Shown in pieces: positions 27,531 through 37,345 of a DNA stretch of 64,000 bases (the first letter of the stretch is position 1; every line of letters starts with the position of its first letter). Source of the stretch: a virus (taxonomy: Duplodnaviria > Caudoviricetes); IMG/VR virus record IMGVR_UViG_3300037492_000170, positions 58,745-122,744 of that record; one strand, given 5' to 3'. A program made the position numbers and the translations under genes. The notes below the pieces were generated by a model. That model worked only from the letters and a program-made list of their open reading frames with translations, did no database searches and was not told where the DNA came from.

Positions 27531-28624
27531 GTTCTAGCCACCGAAGAGTTCATTCCTTGTTTTACAGAGGACCCTTTCTTATTCCCCTCCTGCTTCTCAT
27601 CTGGTTCATTTCTCATCACATGTAGTGTAGTAGAACCACCGTGTCCTTCCTCCCAACCATGTGTACATGTTTGAACATACCAACCACCAGAATTCTCTGG
27701 TCCTAAATTATCAAATTCAATTCCCTTCTTTGCGCGAAGTTCAGGAGACCAGTATAGGACCACATCTCCGCGCACTGACTTACCTTTACTGGCATTCTGT
27801 GCTGCATTAGCCCTGTTATTATCCACTGAATTAGTATCAGATGAAGAACCATAATCGTAAGTCAAATCACCACCAGCAGCCGCTCCAGCGGCAGCACCAG
27901 CAACTCCTCCACTGCCAGCCCCTCCTCCACTACCGGCAGCAGCTCCTGCAGCAGCTCCTGCAGCTCCGCCCTTGCCTCCATCTGGTTTCTTTCCGTTTTT
28001 TTCCTCACGACCAACCCCAGAATTAAGCGCTGTACCTGTCATACACATTGCTTTTGGCGCGCACGAGGGAGCCTTGAATTCTCCAATATTAAACATAGTC
28101 TGCTCTGCGTTATATTGACTGGTAGTTTTACACATATTGGTTAATTCACCTATAATACTCCATACAGTACCATTACACGGGAGTTTTACACCATTACCAA
28201 AATCAGGACTTTGAAGGTCTACTTTTACACTAGCCTTATTATCAACAGCAGCCTCAACAGTCTCCTTTATAGCTTTAACTGCATCTGTTCCTTCTTTATA
28301 CATACCTTTCATAGATTTCCCATCAATATTTGCTATTATATCTTGCCCAAGAATCTCTATAGTTAATGCTTTATCAGAATAAGTCTCTGTGACCCCTTGA
28401 ATTTTAAGTTTTGCTGTGTTTGATAAATCATTTGGTGTTCCGAACATAACCTCGATATCACCATCTAATTGAAATAAACCACTAAATAACATATCAATGT
28501 TAACTATAGTTATATTGCAAGAAGACATCCCATCATCAACTTCCTTAACCGACCATTTAGATACAATTTTCGTTATATCTGTCTCGGCTACCTTAACAAT
28601 AAAATCACACTCTTTATCATACAT
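27527..28624 (-). CDS. Baseplate hub (gpD/late control D-like)
   Basis: DITKIV...E.DDG...IEVMFG; C-terminal SPELRAK..I.F.NLG...GGWYV...H; Gly/Ala insert. Confidence 0.7.
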   Translation of the reverse strand: MYDKECDFIVKVAETDITKIVSKWSVKEVDDGMSSCNITIVNIDMLFSGLFQLDGDIEVMFGTPNDLSNTAKLKIQGVTETYSDKALTIEILGQDIIANIDGKSMKGMYKEGTDAVKAIKETVEAAVDNKASVKVDLQSPDFGNGVKLPCNGTVWSIIGELTNMCKTTSQYNAEQTMFNIGEFKAPSCAPKAMCMTGTALNSGVGREEKNGKKPDGGKGGAAGAAAGAAAGSGGGAGSGGVAGAAAGAAAGGDLTYDYGSSSDTNSVDNNRANAAQNASKGKSVRGDVVLYWSPELRAKKGIEFDNLGPENSGGWYVQTCTHGWEEGHGGSTTLHVMRNEPDEKQEGNKKGSSVKQGMNSSVART

Positions 28625-29076
28625 TACGCGGTTAACCTCAGAATTGTAACTGCAATTGTTGCATTATATGGTAAAAGAGTATCTGGGTTAGCTAAAGTTT
28701 TGTAGTGTACATCCACTTTATCTACTACACCATATATTGATAATGAAGCACCTGAAATAAACATAATCTTCGGTGGTCTCTTAACATTGCCACCAGATTC
28801 AGTAGTATCAGCTAACGCTATAAGACTATCTGCAAAACCTCGAACAAAGAAATCAGAGTTATTATCCCTAGAAACATCTATGGAAAAATGCACTATGTGG
28901 CTTGAACCACATGTATATTGTAAGAACGGCTCGTTATTACCAGCTGCTTTCATAGGATGCCACTGAGCTGACCTTGAATATTGAATGGTTGCTGGGTTCC
29001 ATTGAAAAATAACCGGGGAAGCCCCACCATCGACTGGTATTATCATACCTTTAGTAAAATTAGGTGAGTATGGCAT
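28624..29076 (-). CDS. Tail tube initiator/CIS tube-like protein
   Basis: FQWNP.TI...W...PFLQY...RPP...G...V. Confidence 0.7.
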   Translation of the reverse strand: MPYSPNFTKGMIIPVDGGASPVIFQWNPATIQYSRSAQWHPMKAAGNNEPFLQYTCGSSHIVHFSIDVSRDNNSDFFVRGFADSLIALADTTESGGNVKRPPKIMFISGASLSIYGVVDKVDVHYKTLANPDTLLPYNATIAVTILRLTA

Positions 29077-29096
29077 TTATATAGATAACATCCTTA

Positions 29097-31940
29097 TTAA
29101 TTTGTATAGCCGCCCTGTGGTGGTACTTCAGCAGAACCCCCCACTCTAACGTCCTGTGCCATGCCAGGTCCTGCTATCTTAATTCCTGCAATAGCTGCTG
29201 CCACTCCTGCTAAAGCCGATGCAATACTAGTTCCACCAGTACTAATACTTGCTGCCACTGTGTTGCTAACATCAGTTATAACACCACTAGAAGCCTCAGC
29301 ATCAGACATCCCTGTTTTACCCCCAGCAGCGACCACGGACTCCATTGCTCCTTCCATCCCTTCTGGATACAAATCAACACCTGAAGCAAGACCTTCTTTA
29401 TCGAACCAACTCCCTACATAATCTCTATTTAATTTTATGCCTCTTTTAAGTTCACCCCCCCAATAATCACCAGCAACATTATCATCTTTACGATTGGGAT
29501 CTGAGAGACTATTCCAATACTTCAAGTCTGCTTCATTCTTTAAAACCTGCTGCGCCTTTGTTTGTGTTGAATCTGGAGCATACCTAGATAAAAAGTTTGA
29601 AAGGAATGAGTTTGAGGCAGCAAATTGAGCAACGTCTCTAGAAAAGTTAGCAGTAGCACGTTGATAAACTGTAGAAGCATCTAATAACTTATCAGCACCA
29701 GTAACGGTATCTCCTTGACCATGAAAAGCCTCCTTAGCTTCTGCTGAAACTTGTTTTACTTGTTCCCTAATAAGAGGATTGTTCATAGAATCCATTACTC
29801 CCAACACTTCCAGACTCTTCACTCCGCGCCTAGCTTCTCCTTTACCAAATATATCATCCGCACGAGAGGAACTCTCTCCTACTAAATTCCATAATTTAGA
29901 TGGGTCTTCTGCATATAACGCTGGGGTCATCTGCTCAATAGACTGCCCACCAAACTCAGGCAATGGTTTTGTAATCACCCTTCTATTATGTGTTTGCACC
30001 CCAGACTTACTAACATAAGCAGGTGTAAACGCCTTCGCTCCCCTAACAAAGAAATCCCTTGGTTGTTTACTCATCCATTTTAGTTGCTGAGGGGTAAGCT
30101 TATATGGGTCCTCTGGCAAGTACCTAGATTCAAGAACTTTTCCACGCGTAGCACCCATCGCTACTATTCTATTAATATCCTCCATATTTTTTCCGGTTAA
30201 ATGTCTAAGTTGTCTACCTTGAGTATTGGCTTTCATGCCCATTGCTCTGGCTGAAAAAGCCATTCCAATTTCTTGTTCAATCGGTCTCCCTGTATTTAAA
30301 AGGGACTGAAATGTATACCTACCACTAGCTATCAAATCCCTAAACCATCCAGAAGAGAACGTTTCCCCTGCCCTGACCATATTCTGAAACTTAGTAAATC
30401 CAGCAGCCGGGTCTTTTGCCATAATATCTTTAAACTGAGGATGTTTTGTTAACAACTCAAACACAGTAGGCATCTCTAGTTGCGCCTGTTGAGGAGTCAT
30501 TTTTCCTAATCTAGCACCAACTATCGCATTCTCAGTTAACTTATCCATCTGCCCCGGTGCCATATTCTTAGTACCACCCAAACCCATAAACTCCGCCCGC
30601 ATACTAGCAAAGTCTCCAGAACCTATCCCCTTTAAACCACCATACTTTGCCGATATGTCTGTACCAGTCATAAAAGCAGCTTCAACTTGTTCCTTAGTAG
30701 CACCAGCAGCATACATATTAACTGCCGATTCTGTAAACTCTCCTCTATGTCTTTGAGTTACAACATCGCTAAGTACATTTCCAATGCCCCTAACTGCAGC
30801 ATAACCAGGAACATATACCATAGCAGAACCCATGCCTCCGCCCATAGTATTAATACCCTGTCTAATCAATCCACCGGTTGCGCTAGCCACTCCTCCAATA
30901 CGTTCTCTTATATTACCACCAGCACCACTAAACATATGAGAAGGACCCGCATCCCAGGGCATCCCCCATTCACCTAATCCAGTACCTGTAGGACCACCAT
31001 AATAACGTCCACGTTGTCTAGCATTGTTCTGTCTGGTCCACTCCGCTCTCCTTATCTCCGCTTCGTTATACTGACTAGACCTACCACCCACATAACCTGG
31101 TGCTTGCCAATTAACATAGGCTTGTCTTCCAGCCGCCGTAGTTAGATCAAATTTTGGGGCAGCTCCCGAAACATGAGCGCCCAAATCCGCAGCAAACTGC
31201 CTCATTCTAGGTGTCGGTCCTACACGGTCTGCCCCCCATCTTCCATCTGTCGTTTCAAGAGAACCGGCTGGTCTACCTAGACCACCAGCATCCCTTTTCA
31301 AAGCTGCGTTGCGTGCTTTTTCTTTTGCTGCGGATAAACTCGCTACATCAGCATCGGCTTGCATTGCGGCATCAACTGCTCTTCGGGCTAGTGTAACTTT
31401 CTGCACATCTAATGCAAGTTGTTTTTGACCTTTATGCATGGTAGCATATTTTTTCTGCTGTGCTGTATTCATCGAGGCGACAAGCTGCGCTTCAGTTAAT
31501 GCACCTTGAAGTGCTGCCTGTAATGCAACAGCTTCCTGTTTACCAGCTTTTGTGGTCTTAGCAACACTCATAACGGCAGCTTTGCTTTGTGCCGCTGCAA
31601 GTTCTGGAGCGTAAAGTGATGAGGGTGTTAAGTTTTTAGCAGAACCACCCGCCACATTGGCAAACATATTTCGAACATTATCAATTACTCTCTTGGCTTC
31701 AGTCTCAAAAGCCTTCAAACTATCAGTGCTTATTTTAGGCTCAATAAGAATATCACTAGCTGCTTTCTTTAAATCAGCAAACTGTTTGCGCAGCGGAGCA
31801 GTCAAATCCTTAGACATGGATTTGCCGACAGTTTGCTCAAGTTTGGCACCTAATTGATTAAACTCAGTAGCTATCTTATTTATTTCAGCTTCTAAGTTTC
31901 CAACTAGTGAAACACCTATGGTTACATTGGTATCAGGCAC
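29097..31940 (-). CDS. Tape measure protein
   Basis: 947-aa Ala/Gly-rich helical protein between the tail chaperones and the baseplate. Confidence 0.75.
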   Translation of the reverse strand: MPDTNVTIGVSLVGNLEAEINKIATEFNQLGAKLEQTVGKSMSKDLTAPLRKQFADLKKAASDILIEPKISTDSLKAFETEAKRVIDNVRNMFANVAGGSAKNLTPSSLYAPELAAAQSKAAVMSVAKTTKAGKQEAVALQAALQGALTEAQLVASMNTAQQKKYATMHKGQKQLALDVQKVTLARRAVDAAMQADADVASLSAAKEKARNAALKRDAGGLGRPAGSLETTDGRWGADRVGPTPRMRQFAADLGAHVSGAAPKFDLTTAAGRQAYVNWQAPGYVGGRSSQYNEAEIRRAEWTRQNNARQRGRYYGGPTGTGLGEWGMPWDAGPSHMFSGAGGNIRERIGGVASATGGLIRQGINTMGGGMGSAMVYVPGYAAVRGIGNVLSDVVTQRHRGEFTESAVNMYAAGATKEQVEAAFMTGTDISAKYGGLKGIGSGDFASMRAEFMGLGGTKNMAPGQMDKLTENAIVGARLGKMTPQQAQLEMPTVFELLTKHPQFKDIMAKDPAAGFTKFQNMVRAGETFSSGWFRDLIASGRYTFQSLLNTGRPIEQEIGMAFSARAMGMKANTQGRQLRHLTGKNMEDINRIVAMGATRGKVLESRYLPEDPYKLTPQQLKWMSKQPRDFFVRGAKAFTPAYVSKSGVQTHNRRVITKPLPEFGGQSIEQMTPALYAEDPSKLWNLVGESSSRADDIFGKGEARRGVKSLEVLGVMDSMNNPLIREQVKQVSAEAKEAFHGQGDTVTGADKLLDASTVYQRATANFSRDVAQFAASNSFLSNFLSRYAPDSTQTKAQQVLKNEADLKYWNSLSDPNRKDDNVAGDYWGGELKRGIKLNRDYVGSWFDKEGLASGVDLYPEGMEGAMESVVAAGGKTGMSDAEASSGVITDVSNTVAASISTGGTSIASALAGVAAAIAGIKIAGPGMAQDVRVGGSAEVPPQGGYTN

Positions 31941-32199
31941 TTTTCCTCTTCTTTTTAGCCTCTTTTTTCTCGAACTCTATCTGAGCTAGGTACTGTTTCC
32001 ATGTATCTTTTCTTACTGAGCTGGGCCAGGACATAATATCATTCTTGCTTTCTTTCATGTGCCACTCAAGATTAAACACATCTTGATTGAATCCTTTAAG
32101 TGTTTCATAAACAAGTGGGCACCATATTGAAGCATCTCTATAACCCCATTGTACAAACTCACCAGCCACCTGGCGAGCTAGCCCGTTGGAAATAAAAAA
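31933..32199 (-). CDS. Tail assembly chaperone extension (T-like), probably reached by -1 frameshift
   Basis: In the -1 frame of 32178..32885 at T TTT TTA; W..S.NDIMSWP...R motif; immediately upstream of the tape measure gene. Confidence 0.6.
   Translation of the reverse strand, partial: FFISNGLARQVAGEFVQWGYRDASIWCPLVYETLKGFNQDVFNLEWHMKESKNDIMSWPSSVRKDTWKQYLAQIEFEKKEAKKKRKSA
32156..32199 (-). promoter_or_regulatory. Programmed -1 ribosomal frameshift signal
   Basis: Slippery heptamer U UUU UUA (32199-32193) in frame; downstream hairpin CUCGCCAG-GUGG-CUGGUGAG. Confidence 0.65.
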
Positions 32200-32885
32200 T
32201 CCGGGTGTGTAAGCACATTCACCAACGCGGGAGAACTGCACTTAGGGCACACCAACTTAGCCACAGAATCATAACCACATACTAATTTACTTCTAGCCTT
32301 TCTTATTGCTCTATGATCAGCAGAAGGGAATTTAACAACATCTTCATATGAAAAATCATTAGAGCCATCAATAGACCTAATACTCTGAAACTCACTCTGA
32401 TTAGAGTCCACGCCGGTATCCAGTTGAGATAAAACAATAGCTTCTTTGTGTCCGGTAAGTAGACCAAATACAATTTTCTTCTTAGTCTTTGGAAGTGTAA
32501 TCTCAACCTCCGGGTCCGCTTTATTCTCTACATCTGGATATGTAAACTTCATAGATTTAAGTGGAAACTCGTGTGGGGAAACTTCTCCACATACGTAACA
32601 CATATTGTTGAACTCAAATACTTCACCATAATTAATCTTGTAGCCCTCTATTAACAAATGGTCCTGATCTGGAACATATAAATCTAATATGTGATCGGTG
32701 GTAACTTTCCTCAAACTACCGATTGATTGAACAAGAACTGCTAGGTAATCCACTATCAGTTCATACATTTTTTTATTTCTTTTGAGAAGCAGTCTATCAG
32801 CGTATCCATCAGTTTCCTGAATAACGACATCTTTTCCGTTTAACGGGAGTGTAACTGTTTTCTTCTCAAGTACATAATCAGACAT
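32178..32885 (-). CDS. Tail assembly chaperone (T4 gp26-like, two CxxC motifs)
   Basis: TVTLP...L.VPD..LL...NYG...CYVC; ITLP...CPKC; follows the tail tube gene. Confidence 0.7.
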   Translation of the reverse strand: MSDYVLEKKTVTLPLNGKDVVIQETDGYADRLLLKRNKKMYELIVDYLAVLVQSIGSLRKVTTDHILDLYVPDQDHLLIEGYKINYGEVFEFNNMCYVCGEVSPHEFPLKSMKFTYPDVENKADPEVEITLPKTKKKIVFGLLTGHKEAIVLSQLDTGVDSNQSEFQSIRSIDGSNDFSYEDVVKFPSADHRAIRKARSKLVCGYDSVAKLVCPKCSSPALVNVLTHPDFLFPTG

Positions 32886-32903
32886 AAAGCCTCCCTAGTA
32901 AAA

Positions 32904-33386
32904 CTAAGATATAATTCGCATAGTCCTTGATTCATATGCGATTTCTAACTCTTCAATAACATTAGCAGCTTCACCCAAAGAATGCCTATCCCCTAATGTA
33001 AAGCTAACAGGAAAACCACGTTTATACTCCCACACTCTGGAGGGGTCGCCGCGCGGATCTAACTCATATAAAGTAAAATTCTTTGTATAGACAGATGGGA
33101 CGTTACCATTACCAGTAACCGGGTCTTGACACAGATTCATCCAATCTTCGAAATAAACCCTTCCAGGTCCATCCAAAGGAGCCACTATACCAAGAGTACA
33201 GTTACCATAAGTGAGCATCCCTACTTCTTTAGCCGGGTGGTTTTGCCCAGCCCCTGCGTGCTGGGTAACACTATTTGTACGAACCCCAGGATTAAAGTGC
33301 TGCACTAAAGCAGCCGGAAGTCCATTAATCTCTAATCTAAACTTAAATTGCTTCAACACACTAATTGCTGCAGCTTCTACGGGCAT
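32904..33386 (-). CDS. Tail tube protein (T4 gp19-like)
   Basis: FKFRLEING...G..TYGN.TL...FEDW...LD..G...R.W.....P...IEELEIAYE. Confidence 0.85.
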   Translation of the reverse strand: MPVEAAAISVLKQFKFRLEINGLPAALVQHFNPGVRTNSVTQHAGAGQNHPAKEVGMLTYGNCTLGIVAPLDGPGRVYFEDWMNLCQDPVTGNGNVPSVYTKNFTLYELDPRGDPSRVWEYKRGFPVSFTLGDRHSLGEAANVIEELEIAYESRTMRIIS

Positions 33387-33438
33387 TTTCTAGTTCCTCC
33401 TATCAATTTTTGTGCACACAAAAATGAACATGGCGAAC

Positions 33439-33466
33439 ATGTTAGATGCTCGCCAGATTCTGTCAA
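33439..33466 (-). promoter_or_regulatory. Possible promoter for the tail tube operon, overlapped by an inverted repeat
   Basis: TTGACA (33466-33461), 16 nt, TAACAT; inverted repeat TGGCGAACAT/ATGCTCGCCA. Confidence 0.4.
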
Positions 33467-33491
33467 GGGGATGTCAGGAGATATGTTACTT

Positions 33492-34529
33492 TTAACTAAT
33501 CCTATTCTTCAACTCCTCTACCCGTAGACAACCGCAAGATTTGGAAGAGCCCCTCTTCAGGTTGTTTAAAAGAACCTCGGTAACCTTACCACAATCGCAC
33601 TTACATAACGCATATGTGAGATACTGTTTTCCGTTAGATTTTCTGCATGTATTTACTACGGTTAATCTACCAAACCTAATTCCTGAAAGGTCTTTCAACT
33701 TAGAACCTTGAGGGATATTATACTTAGTACCTGGTTTAGTTCCGGGCGTGTGCGCGTTAGGGTCCAATATCTTCTCGGGTGGGTCCCCCCGTTCATACCT
33801 GTTCTTTAATAACTGATACGAAACTCCAAGCTTCTCTGCCCACTCTCCTATAGTCCGTGACTCGCCGCCATATGTAAGAATGGTATTTTTAATATCCCTA
33901 GTCTTGTTGTCAAGTGTGTTCTTAGATAGAACCTTATCTACAGAAAACTTCGACCTTGACCTTATTCGTTTATGAATAGTAGTGGCTGGAATATCAAGTT
34001 GCTTTGCCCAATCCTCTACAACACGAGTCTCTCCTTTATATGTCAACTTACGATTCGTACGTTTGTTCCTTGCCTGTTCTCTTAGGCTTTCGTACCTACA
34101 GTTCTCTGGAGAATACCCCAAATCATTATCTTTCCTACCTAATGTCTTTCCATCTGGGCATATTCCCATATCTTCAAAGAAGTTAGCGAAGCCGTCTTCC
34201 CCATCCCACCTATCACAAAAGGTTATCCCTCTCCCTCCATAATTTTTATACTCTTTTCTGTTAGGATTTCTGCATCTAGCACGCGCCCCTTCCCATATCG
34301 TATATTCCTTCTGGTATATACTGTCTTTTGCCGCCCCGCCGTGTTTCACATTAGCGCTGCACCCACAAGAGGTGGATTTACCAGTTCGTACTGAATAAGA
34401 ATCGACGAGTCTCTCTGTTCCACACTCACATACACACTTGTAAAAATAACGTGTAGATGTCCCCATAACCTTCTTAATGACACCAGTCACTTTCCATTTC
34501 CCAAATTTTGTTCCGGCTTTATTTTCCAT
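33492..34529 (-). CDS. Free-standing HNH-like endonuclease between sheath and tube genes
   Basis: CVCECG..SCGC; YGGRGITFCDRW; TLGRKDNDLGYSPENCRY; two HTH-like repeats; a second CKCDCG..SCGC module at the C-terminus. Confidence 0.8.
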   Translation of the reverse strand: MENKAGTKFGKWKVTGVIKKVMGTSTRYFYKCVCECGTERLVDSYSVRTGKSTSCGCSANVKHGGAAKDSIYQKEYTIWEGARARCRNPNRKEYKNYGGRGITFCDRWDGEDGFANFFEDMGICPDGKTLGRKDNDLGYSPENCRYESLREQARNKRTNRKLTYKGETRVVEDWAKQLDIPATTIHKRIRSRSKFSVDKVLSKNTLDNKTRDIKNTILTYGGESRTIGEWAEKLGVSYQLLKNRYERGDPPEKILDPNAHTPGTKPGTKYNIPQGSKLKDLSGIRFGRLTVVNTCRKSNGKQYLTYALCKCDCGKVTEVLLNNLKRGSSKSCGCLRVEELKNRIS

Positions 34530-34534
34530 AAAAA

Positions 34535-34588
34535 AACCTCCTTACATTTTCATAAGGAGGTTATACCATAAAAAAGATGAAATGTCAA
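34535..34588 (-). promoter_or_regulatory. sigma70-like promoter plus SD-sequestering hairpin of the HNH-like gene
   Basis: TTGACA (34588-34583), 17 nt, TATAAC (34565-34560); 10-bp stem AACCTCCTTA/TAAGGAGGTT. Confidence 0.75.
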
Positions 34589-34689
34589 GTTTTACTCTGG
34601 AACGCCGTTTGAGTTTTTCCTCAATAGTATGTTTTTTTGTTCCAGACTGAGAAATAAGCTACTTTAAGTATTTTACCTAAGTAGTTGAA

Positions 34690-37326
34690 TTATCTTCGAA
34701 TCCAACCCGGCAGTTCCTTTAACTCTGTGTAGGTCTCGAAAGCCTCACCCGTTCTAAGTACACCTAACTCAAACTCTAGGTAGTAGATAGTTCTGGTAGG
34801 CTGTATAAGTGCCCTACAATGGTAAATTCCTCTATCAATATCAAGTCCTGAGTTGATAACGGCATTCTTAAGTACTCCACCATCAAACCAGGCATCACGG
34901 TCGGTCTGCAACGCGTAGTCATAGATATCATACTTATTCTTCCAATCATCAAAAGCAGGTTCAAGAGTTCTATGAATCTCTCTCCAGGTTACAGGATGGT
35001 TAGGCTCAAACAAGAAGGTTCTCAGTATCGGCATAAGCATCCTGTTCATAACCGTAATAAACCTAACAACATTAAGTTCTCTCAATGCGGAAGGTGCTCT
35101 CTGTGTAGTTCTCTGCTCCCAGAACATCGCGCCCTCGATACCTACGTATCTAGATATCATCAGGTAATTGATGCCGTTCTCTGCAAACAAATCAGAGTAA
35201 CCTGTAGTCCTGTTAGTTTGGATATCAAAATCCAAATCCTCAACAAGTGTTACCACACCTCGTCTGGGTCCAACAGGAGCGTGACTTGAACCGTAATCAT
35301 TATCAGTCCTACATAAACAAGATGCTAGATGCCCAAGGTTGGAAACCCACTTCCTAGTATCATCCAAATCATCATAAACCAACGGGCGACCGTACCACAA
35401 AGAGAACCTATGACTATTGAAAGCCGGATGGCTCCAAGGGGCTCCACCTAGTCTCCAGGTCACTGCTTCTTCAGGACGCAATCCGTAAGGCACCATCCCA
35501 TACCCTAACATATCGGCTCTATCCTCACAGTATACAATCATCGCTTGATAGACCGTAGCAGAGGTAGTACCTGGAACCATAAGATCCATACTCATATGAG
35601 CAGTATCTGCAGCATAAATTCCGGTTTGTGAAGGAGAATCACCTATCCAATCGGAATCATCAAAATCATCAAGCCCGTTAAACCCACCTGTGAGAGCAAC
35701 ACCCAGTGTCTCATCAGAAAGTTCTGGTCGATTAAGCCACCCAACTTCTGTATAAAAATCATTTGAAGAACTTTCATCAGTCACTATTACAAGTGTAGAC
35801 CTTTCATTAATGTAGTTAACAAAATATCTCTGAGATGTTGGGTCCATGCTAAGTGTTGGGAACCACTCTTGCATGGCACTTTGTCGAAGATAAGAAACCT
35901 TTACATCAAAACTACCTCTTGAATCAAGCGCAGAATCGTATATAAACACTCTAAGGTCATCGCCCCAATCTCCTGGGTCTTTTGATGTGAATGTTGCAGT
36001 GTCTTCCTGTACCCCTTCATACCCGAGAACTTCTGTAGTTATAAACCCTAATTTTATAGCTGAGGATGACTCAGATTTAATTTGTACAGAAGAGTCATCA
36101 CCAGAAGCTACAGTTCTAAAAGCTAGTTTACCATCTACGGACAGCACAGTAGCCCCTTCTAATCCTGCCTCGTTTATTTGAGTAACTAACTGAGCAGAGG
36201 TCAATCTAAAAGAAGAGCCCGGTGATGTAGAGGGGCTTCTTTCATAAACACCTTCTACAAATCCTAATACAGTATAACAATGAAGAGCTACTGTCATTAT
36301 CTCTATATCATCTGCTACATTTGTAGCAAATACTCTAATCTTATCTGTACTTGTAGCCACGGCACTAACGTCATCAATAGCTGCAATTTCTTCCGCTATT
36401 TGTGTAGCAGTTCTTTGAATACCAGCAGTTAATGTTATAGTAGTGGGACTCCCCCACTCTCCATTATGCCTGACCCTAATTTTAAACTTATCATTCTCAG
36501 TATCCGTCGCTTTAATAACAAACGGACCAGCAACAGTACCAGTTGTCCTACCAGATATAGTTGAATCATAAGCAAAGGAAAAATACTGATCTGCTCCACC
36601 ATCTATGGATACAATTAGTTCATCTTCCCCAACGATATGCATATACTGTCCCATAGTGACACCAATAGTGCTATAAACATCATCAGCAACATCCGATATC
36701 TCTAAATCATCGTCAGGGTTATCAGTAAATATCTTTACATGCCCGTGTATAGCTTCCGCATTTATACCTGTTGCTGCTGCTATTTCAAGAGCAATCTGTG
36801 AAGCAGACCTCGTTGTACCTTCAGTTAATGTTATAGGTAAAGCACTTCCCCATGTTCCTTCATGTCTGAGTTTAGCCGAAAACTTTTTGTTGTCTGCTGT
36901 TATCTCAAACGGTCCTTCAACAGTACCAGTTACATGCCCACCAAAACTCTGAATAAATGTGTAAGGACCAGTTCTTCCTTCAACATAAGCATGAGTTATA
37001 GCGTTACCTCTATCCGGGATAGTAACAGTAGCTGTAGTTGCAGTTAATGTGGAGGCATCAGAAGTTACGTCATAATGCGCCGTACGTATAAGATTCAAAC
37101 GCGCACCTTGTCGAAGTGCCATTTCACAAACCAACGGATCATTTGTATATGGAACTTTCAGCCCATATGTTCTACGATAGTCATCAAGTGATGTTACAGT
37201 CATTGGAGCACCAACAGGTCCGCGTTCTGCTTGAATAACCATAGTAACATAACCCATAGCTACGGCATCGACAAACATTGAAAGGTCGTTTATAGTCCAA
37301 ATTACTCTAGCAGTGCCTAGTGTCAT
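34690..37326 (-). CDS. Contractile tail sheath protein
   Basis: AERGPVG, DPGDWGD, LTGG, NGINY, ELNVVRF, FLFEPN..TW. Confidence 0.9.
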   Translation of the reverse strand: MTLGTARVIWTINDLSMFVDAVAMGYVTMVIQAERGPVGAPMTVTSLDDYRRTYGLKVPYTNDPLVCEMALRQGARLNLIRTAHYDVTSDASTLTATTATVTIPDRGNAITHAYVEGRTGPYTFIQSFGGHVTGTVEGPFEITADNKKFSAKLRHEGTWGSALPITLTEGTTRSASQIALEIAAATGINAEAIHGHVKIFTDNPDDDLEISDVADDVYSTIGVTMGQYMHIVGEDELIVSIDGGADQYFSFAYDSTISGRTTGTVAGPFVIKATDTENDKFKIRVRHNGEWGSPTTITLTAGIQRTATQIAEEIAAIDDVSAVATSTDKIRVFATNVADDIEIMTVALHCYTVLGFVEGVYERSPSTSPGSSFRLTSAQLVTQINEAGLEGATVLSVDGKLAFRTVASGDDSSVQIKSESSSAIKLGFITTEVLGYEGVQEDTATFTSKDPGDWGDDLRVFIYDSALDSRGSFDVKVSYLRQSAMQEWFPTLSMDPTSQRYFVNYINERSTLVIVTDESSSNDFYTEVGWLNRPELSDETLGVALTGGFNGLDDFDDSDWIGDSPSQTGIYAADTAHMSMDLMVPGTTSATVYQAMIVYCEDRADMLGYGMVPYGLRPEEAVTWRLGGAPWSHPAFNSHRFSLWYGRPLVYDDLDDTRKWVSNLGHLASCLCRTDNDYGSSHAPVGPRRGVVTLVEDLDFDIQTNRTTGYSDLFAENGINYLMISRYVGIEGAMFWEQRTTQRAPSALRELNVVRFITVMNRMLMPILRTFLFEPNHPVTWREIHRTLEPAFDDWKNKYDIYDYALQTDRDAWFDGGVLKNAVINSGLDIDRGIYHCRALIQPTRTIYYLEFELGVLRTGEAFETYTELKELPGWIRR

Positions 37327-37345
37327 TCTATTACCCTCCTATTAT

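Noticed and set aside
33390-34690. Group I intron housing the HNH-like gene
   Set aside because: Flanking sheath and tube genes look complete, the gaps are short, and no P7 core elements were recognised
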